From NCBI GenBank assembly GCA_951406725.2, contig OX597818.1, forward strand, positions 32,860,001 through 32,924,000: a stretch of DNA of 64,000 nucleotides, written 5' to 3'. A model generated the notes under the pieces. That model made no database searches and had not been told where the DNA came from. It saw nothing but the letters and a program-made list of their open reading frames with translations. Both the position numbers and the translations under genes were made by a program. Position 1 is the stretch's first letter. Each line of letters opens with the position of its first letter. This document shows, piece after piece, positions 57,441 to 64,000 of the stretch. Source of the DNA: Octopus vulgaris. Taxonomy: Eukaryota.

Positions 57441-57485
57441 CATGCGTTGACGAGAGGCAATTACCTTGAAACTATAGTCCGTATG
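57441..57485 (+). ncRNA. Type I hammerhead ribozyme, U3 variant (copy 1)
   Basis: CAUGCG-UUGACGA-GAGG(CAAUUA)CCUU-GAAAC(UAUA)GUC-CGUAUG; predicted cleavage after 57479. Confidence 0.82.
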
Positions 57486-57799
57486 TATCACTTAGGTTTT
57501 CGAGGGAGGATGACCTCCCTTTGCAAATAACACAAGGGCACTGAAATTTTGTGTCTAAGGCCAGCTGGTGACGTTGATCGCCTGGGGCGAAAAGCATCAG
57601 TAACACCCCACTCCCAGTGGCTAGCCACATTCAGATGGCTAGTACACCTTACGTTGTCGAGCGGTTACTGTTTATATCTCGTTCAGAGATTTATTAATGC
57701 TTTCAGACAGTTTTTCTAAATCAGTGACAGTGGTTGCTGTGAAAAACGTTAAATATTATTATTTACAGAGGGTCTCCTTCATCGAAAACCGGTGTTTAC

Positions 57800-57844
57800 C
57801 ATGCGTTGACGAGAGGCAATTACCTTGAAACTATAGTCCGTATG
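57800..57844 (+). ncRNA. Type I hammerhead ribozyme, U3 variant (copy 2)
   Basis: Identical to copy 1; predicted cleavage after 57838. Confidence 0.82.
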
Positions 57845-58173
57845 TAGCACTTAGGTTTTCGAGGGAGGATGACCTCCCTTTGCAAATAACACAAGGGCAC
57901 TGAAATTTTGTGTCTAAGGCCAGCTGGTGACGTTGATCGCCTGGGGCGAAAAGCATCAGTAACACCCCACTCCCAGTGGCTAGCCACATTCAGATGGCTA
58001 GCCACATTCAGATGGCTAGTACACCTTACGTTGTCGAGCGGTTACTGTTTATATCTCGTTCAGAGATTTATTAATGCTTTCAGACAGTTTTTCTAAATCA
58101 GTGACCGTGGTTGCTGTGAAAAACGTTAAATATTATTTGCAGAGGGTCTCCTTCATCGAAAACCGGTGTTTAC

Positions 58174-58218
58174 CATGCGTTGACGAGAGGCAATTACCTT
58201 GAAACTATAGTCCGTATG
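58174..58218 (+). ncRNA. Type I hammerhead ribozyme, U3 variant (copy 3)
   Basis: Identical to copy 1; predicted cleavage after 58212. Confidence 0.82.
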
Positions 58219-58579
58219 TATCACTTAGGTTTTCGAGGGAGGATGACCTCCCTTTGCAAATAACACAAGGGCACTGAAATTGTGTCTAAGGCCAGCTGGA
58301 GACGTCGATCTCCTGGGGCTAAAAGCGTCAGTAACACCCCAACCCCAGTGGCTAGCCACATTCCGATGGCTAGTACACTTTACGTTACTAACGTAGTGTT
58401 CTTCATAAAATGAAACGTAGATACAACTGAAAATATTTATGGTCAGTACATCATTAACTCTTTCCCATTCAGAATACACTGTGAAATGTAGTACTTATTT
58501 ATACACTTTGTTTTGAATTAATCATGAATTATCTCATAGACATCATGTTTCAATTTTGTGATTGTTTAATTTTAGAAAG

Positions 58580-59930
58580 ACACCCTCCTCCTCATCCTCC
58601 ACCTCATCTTCATCATCATCATCATCGTCATCACCATCATAATCATCATCATTATCGTCGTCGTCACCGGCGTTATTGTGGAATTCGTCATTGTTACCAT
58701 CATAATGAGTCCCACTGTCACCATCGCCACAATCACCACCACCGCCACCAACACCAACGCCAACACCTTCACCGCCGCCACCACCACCACCACCACCACT
58801 AACACCGTCATCCTCAATAATCATCATCATCGTCATCATCATCAACATCATCATCATTTTCGTCGTCGTCGTCGTCGTCAGCACTAGAGCTGCAACATGT
58901 AGTGCAACAACAACAATATCATCAACAACAGCAATAACAACAACGGCAACATAAAATGAAAACAAATGCAAAAGCAACAAAAACAACAGCAAAACTAAAA
59001 CAATAAAAAAATAAATAACACTGTGAAATTAGAAACCGTTCCTATAGCAACGCTTGCAAGAATTACTGTATTTACGACGGAAAACAATAGTTTAGCGACA
59101 ACAAAAATCGAATAATAAAAGTATATAAAAGAAAGCAGAAAAAGTGTGAATAATAACAACTACCACCGAAACCATGACCACCACCACCACCATTACTACC
59201 AGCACCGCCGGCTCTGCTACAAGCACCAACACAAATACCAACAATATCGCCTACACCACCATCTCCACCTCCACAACCAGCAACGCCACAAACATGGACT
59301 TAATCATCACCACCTCCACCACCACCATCATCAGCACCATCACCAACAGCAATACCACCACCCACTACCTCTTATACCATCACCTTCACAACCGCTATGT
59401 CTTCCTTTACCACCACAACCGCAACCACAAACTCTAACAAAGCTACTTCTACCACCATCACAACCACCTCCTCCTCCTCAATCACCTCCGCACCTCTTTC
59501 ACCAACCCATCACCACAACCACCTCAACCACCACCACCACCACCACTACTACCACTTTTGTGACAATCACCTGCTCCGCTACTACCACTATCACCGCCAC
59601 TACCACTTCCACCACAATCACCATCACCTTTTCCACCAACATCACCTTCACCACTACCACCACAACGGCAGCCACAACTATCGCCCCTACCACCACCATC
59701 GCTACCACTAACACGACTTACACCACCATAACCACCACTACCACTACAACGACAGCCATCAACACCACCACAACCAGTGCCGCTATCACTAACTCCACAA
59801 TCACCACCACCGTCCACCACCGTCCTACCACCATCTTACCACTACCACCACCACCACCACGCCCACAATCACAACAACCACAGCCGCCACCGCCGCCACC
59901 GCCACAACAGCAACAACAACCAGAATAGCA
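58580..59930. repeat. Degenerate (CAC/CAT/CAA)n low-complexity region
   Basis: Cryptic triplet repeats; similar tracts at 60830-61540 and 62860-63780. Confidence 0.9.
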
Positions 59931-59936
59931 ATAACA

Positions 59937-60163
59937 ACTCTTTACTCTTTTATTTGTTTCAATCATTTGACTGCGGCTATGCTGGAGTACCGCCTTTTTT
60001 AGTCGAGCAAATCGACCCCAGGACTTATTCTTTGCAAGCGTGGTACTTATTCTCTCGGTCTCTTTTGTCAAACCACTAAGTTACGGGGATATAAACACAC
60101 CACCATTGGTTTTCAAGCGATGTTGGTGGGGACAAACACAGACACACAAACATACAGACACAT

Positions 60164-60227
<64 letters not shown>

Positions 60228-60395
60228 AGATACGACGAGATTCTTTCAGTTTCCGTCTACCAAATCCACTCACAAAGCTTTCGTCGGCCCGAGGCTATAG
60301 TAGAAGAGACTTGCCCAAGTTGCCACGCAGTGGGACTGAACCCAGAACCATGTGGTTGGTAAGCAAGCTACTTACCACACATCCAATCCTACGCC
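59937..60395 (-). mobile_element. SINE family A, full length
   Basis: Reverse complement of 17081-17492 with an expanded internal microsatellite. Confidence 0.93.
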
Positions 60396-63300
60396 TTGGA
60401 TACTAAACAAGGCAAACAACAGCAGTAACAACAACAACGGTAACACAACAGCAACAACAACAACAACAACAACTACAGCAACAACAATATTTAACACCTG
60501 CAGCAGGTTTATGAAAATTCTTCAACAGCATCAGTACAATTATGTCGTTCTTGTAAAAACTCGGTTACGATGATTCCCTTATAAACCTGTCATTAGCCTA
60601 AAATGTTACATTGTCCGCTAGCAGCATTTGTAACCTCATTAATGTTGCAGTTATTATCGCCATTAAAATCATTAGTTCCTTTTGCTAATGTCACTGTTCG
60701 CAATTAGCTAAATCTAGCACCGCCATCTTCGCCATCTCTTCAGTTTTCGCCATCTCCACCATCATTGTCATTTCTATCAGACCCCATTTATTTCAACGAC
60801 TACCATCGTGACCACTGATCACTTACCATCGCTGCCACCGCCGCTGGAACTGTAGTCGCCGCTGCCACCGCCGTCAGTACCACCGCCGCCTCCGCCGTCG
60901 TCAGTAACAGCAGCAGAAGGAATAAATAGTTCAAGTATCATCGTCAGCAACAACAATAAACCTAATACCATCACCACCACCATCGCCACCACTACCACTC
61001 ACCACCACTAACAACACCACCATCACGACTACCACAATCACTATCACCATCTCCACCACTACCACCATCAACAACAACAACGACACCGCCATCATGACAA
61101 CTACCATAACATCACCATCACTCCCTCCACGACTACCAGGACTACCACTAGCATCACAACCACCGCAACCACGACGTACACTACAACTACTACCACCACA
61201 AACTCCCTGACTACCACCACCATCGCAACGACTACCATCACGACGACCTCTATCGCTACCACTATTACAACCACCACTAACACCACTAACACCATCTTGA
61301 TTACAACTACCACCTCACCACTACCAACGGTAGTAATATCGATAGAGGATATCTATAACAACGCAACCACTACTCCTACAATAGTCACAACTATCTTCAG
61401 TATCTAAAACCACCACAATCACCACCTCCTCTGATACCACCACCAACACCATCACCATTACCACGGTCAACATATACAGCGACTGTAGCTACTCTATCCC
61501 TACCATCATTGCTATCACCATTAACTAATACCAACAGCCCGACTATAAGAACCTTGCGACTTTCCCCTTCTTCTTCCCGCCTTTTGTATTTACATATTCA
61601 GCTTTATTACTTTCACTTTCAGTCCATGTAGGAGAAGCAACTGGTTCCTCCCATTTTCTGCAGTACAGCCATATTAAGAGACACCAGTAATCGACAACAA
61701 GAAAAATCCGTTAGAAACAACAGCTAAATATCCCTCAAATCACTCGTTAACATCTTGATAAATGGATTACGTAGAATGTTCTAGTTATACACAGTCTGGA
61801 ATGAATATGGAATGGTCGCGATTGGAAAGCCTTTGGTTATAGGCCTGCAAAGTAAGGGCTATTTTTGTATAAAAAACAAACAAACATCAGTGCTATCACT
61901 GAGTAGTAGTAGTAGTAGAAGAAGAAGAAGAAGAAGAAGAAGAAGAAGAAGAAGAAGAAGAAGAAGAAGAAATCTCCATTTAGTTTTTTGATATACTTGA
62001 AGTAACACTCAATTCTAGAAAATCACGCTCCTAGTGTCTTTCAATGGTAGGACTTCGGTGGTGGTGGCTATTAGCAAATTAAATAATGTGGTATTGTGTC
62101 CGTTCTACAAGATTAGCTTGACCCTGTGCTCAACTGCTACTTATATTATTAACTCCGAAAGAATGAAAGTCAAAGTCGACCCCGGCAGCATTTTGCCTGA
62201 CCTGCTAAAGATTCTGTTTGCTTGCCGCCTTATAACTCTATATTAGCTTCATAAGATATAGATTACTTAGTATTAACAGTCAATGAATAGGAATTTTTAA
62301 AAATACAGGATGGTCACGGTTGAAATGGCTTTGACTACCATAAATCTGTTTTGGGTAAACAATACACACTGATATCTTCGTTTATGGTTATTGTGCTTTT
62401 TCTGTTTTTTTTTGTATCTTGTAAACTGGAAGGATCTTCCAGTGACCCGACTGCTTACAACAAAGTGAATTCCGATGTAACTGTTGGTAGTGTTAAACTG
62501 AAAGATAGTTTTTAACCCTTGGTCAATCCGTAGCAGGTTTATCATCAAATCTGTTTTAGCCGTGACCATACCGTCATATTTATTTCTGCCTTTGTGTCTT
62601 CAACCAGGCGAAAAATTAAGTATACTAACCAAGTAGGTCATGGTGTGATTTGAACTCAGTATGCAAAGATTCGGAACAAATACCGCATAGTATCCGGGCC
62701 TACGTTCTCACAGTCCCGTTAATCTCAATGGGAATTGAACCAAGAAAATATTGAGTCAGAGCAAACGTCGCGCAACATTTTATCGAACGCTCTTTTGATT
62801 ACGCCAATAACCGCCAATATATATATAACCCTTGTAAATAACATTAATAGTGTTCCTGCTGTTCCTGATGATAATGATGATGATGATGATGATAATGATG
62901 ATGATGATGATGAAGATGACGACGACGACGATGACTACGATGATGCCGACGACGATGATGATGATGATAGTGGTGGTGGTGGTGGTTGTGGCGGTAGTAG
63001 CGTTAGTGGTGGTGTCTTTGCTTATGATCACGAAGGTGAAGATTATCTTGATTATGATGATTATGATGATGATGATGATTACTCCTCCTCCTCCTCCTCC
63101 TCCTCCTACTACTACTACTACTACTGCTGCTGCTGTTGCTACTGCTGCTTCTGCTGCTACTACTACTACTACTACTACTACTACTAGTGCTGCCGCTGCT
63201 GTTTTAACATACTCGACCATTATTAATACTAGGAATAATAAGATGTAATGATAATATAAGAATAACATCAACAACTATTAGCACTATAGCAGCAGCAGCC

Positions 63301-64000
63301 GCCACCACCGCCACCCTTGCCACCACGTACACCCCTATTTTAACATGTACAACTCCCACCCCAATTGGTTATTCAACTCCTACCACTATTGCTAACACAT
63401 CTCCGACCACCGTTGTGAATTCCTCTCCCACCACTTCCATTCACTCAAAAACCATCAACCACTGTTACTATCAGCTCCTAGCACCGTCGTTTAACAATAC
63501 TTCCACCAGGCCTTACTCTCACCCTCACCATCTACCTACCACCAAAACCACCACCTGTACAACCACAAGCGCCACCAATACAATAACTACCAACACCATC
63601 GCTATTACCACCACCAAAACCACCACCATCATCACTACCATCACCACCGCTACTGCCATCATCATCATCACCAACACCACCACCATCACCACCATCTTCA
63701 CTACAACCACCACCACCACCACCATTGCTACCACCACCATCTTCAACACCACCACTACCACCCTATTAACAATACCTCCATCATGAGCCTCATTAACACA
63801 ATCAAACATTCATTTTATTATTATTTCTAATATGCCCTGTGAACCAAGATGGCCATAATATTTTTACGTGAACAATTACAGCTAACACCTTGTTTGGATC
63901 CACCATTTCCCTTTCAACAGGCTTTCGTGATTTTTAGAATTAAGCCGTTTTCTTCGATACGTCTAAAACATCTTCATTTTTCTCTCACCATCTTTCGCAT

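Larger units (their letters stand above)
57279..58386 (+). mobile_element. Tandem array of ~359-bp hammerhead-containing monomers (non-LTR retrozyme-like)
   Basis: Units start at 57279, 57638, 58015 and 58369 (18-bp partial); periods 359, 377 and 354 bp; highly similar; one HHR per unit. Confidence 0.85.

Noticed and set aside
57279-58386. CRISPR array or coding repeat
   Set aside because: Whole units repeat with no unique spacers, periods do not keep a reading frame, and the context is eukaryotic.
59146-59928. Mucin-like Thr/His/Pro-rich ORF (also 63415-63786)
   Set aside because: Degenerate CAC/ACC repeats open in several frames; composition switches with frame; no signal peptide or domain.

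Overview
AT-rich eukaryotic non-coding DNA, most likely from an octopod cephalopod (inferred from the SINE families and the extreme (TA)n/(CA)n/(TATG)n/(GATA)n density). I can support no host protein-coding exon; almost every ORF in the track is a translation of simple repeats. The window holds many copies of three tRNA-derived SINE families (called A, B, C here), decayed non-LTR retrotransposon pieces (CR1/L2-group 3' end, R4/Dong-like RT, Penelope-like RT, possible RTE), TA-flanked Tc1/mariner-superfamily MITEs and one non-autonomous Helitron. The strongest signal is a set of hammerhead ribozyme (HHR) motifs: (1) a ~359-bp tandem array at 57279-58386 whose three monomers each carry a type I HHR within a long rod-like fold, matching a non-LTR retrozyme; (2) a 230-bp inverted-repeat element at 2713-2942 with an intact-core HHR in each arm, on opposite strands; (3) minimal Penelope-type HHRs at 10703 and 38479. 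All structures were read by eye; no folding or database search was run, and repeat boundaries are approximate.
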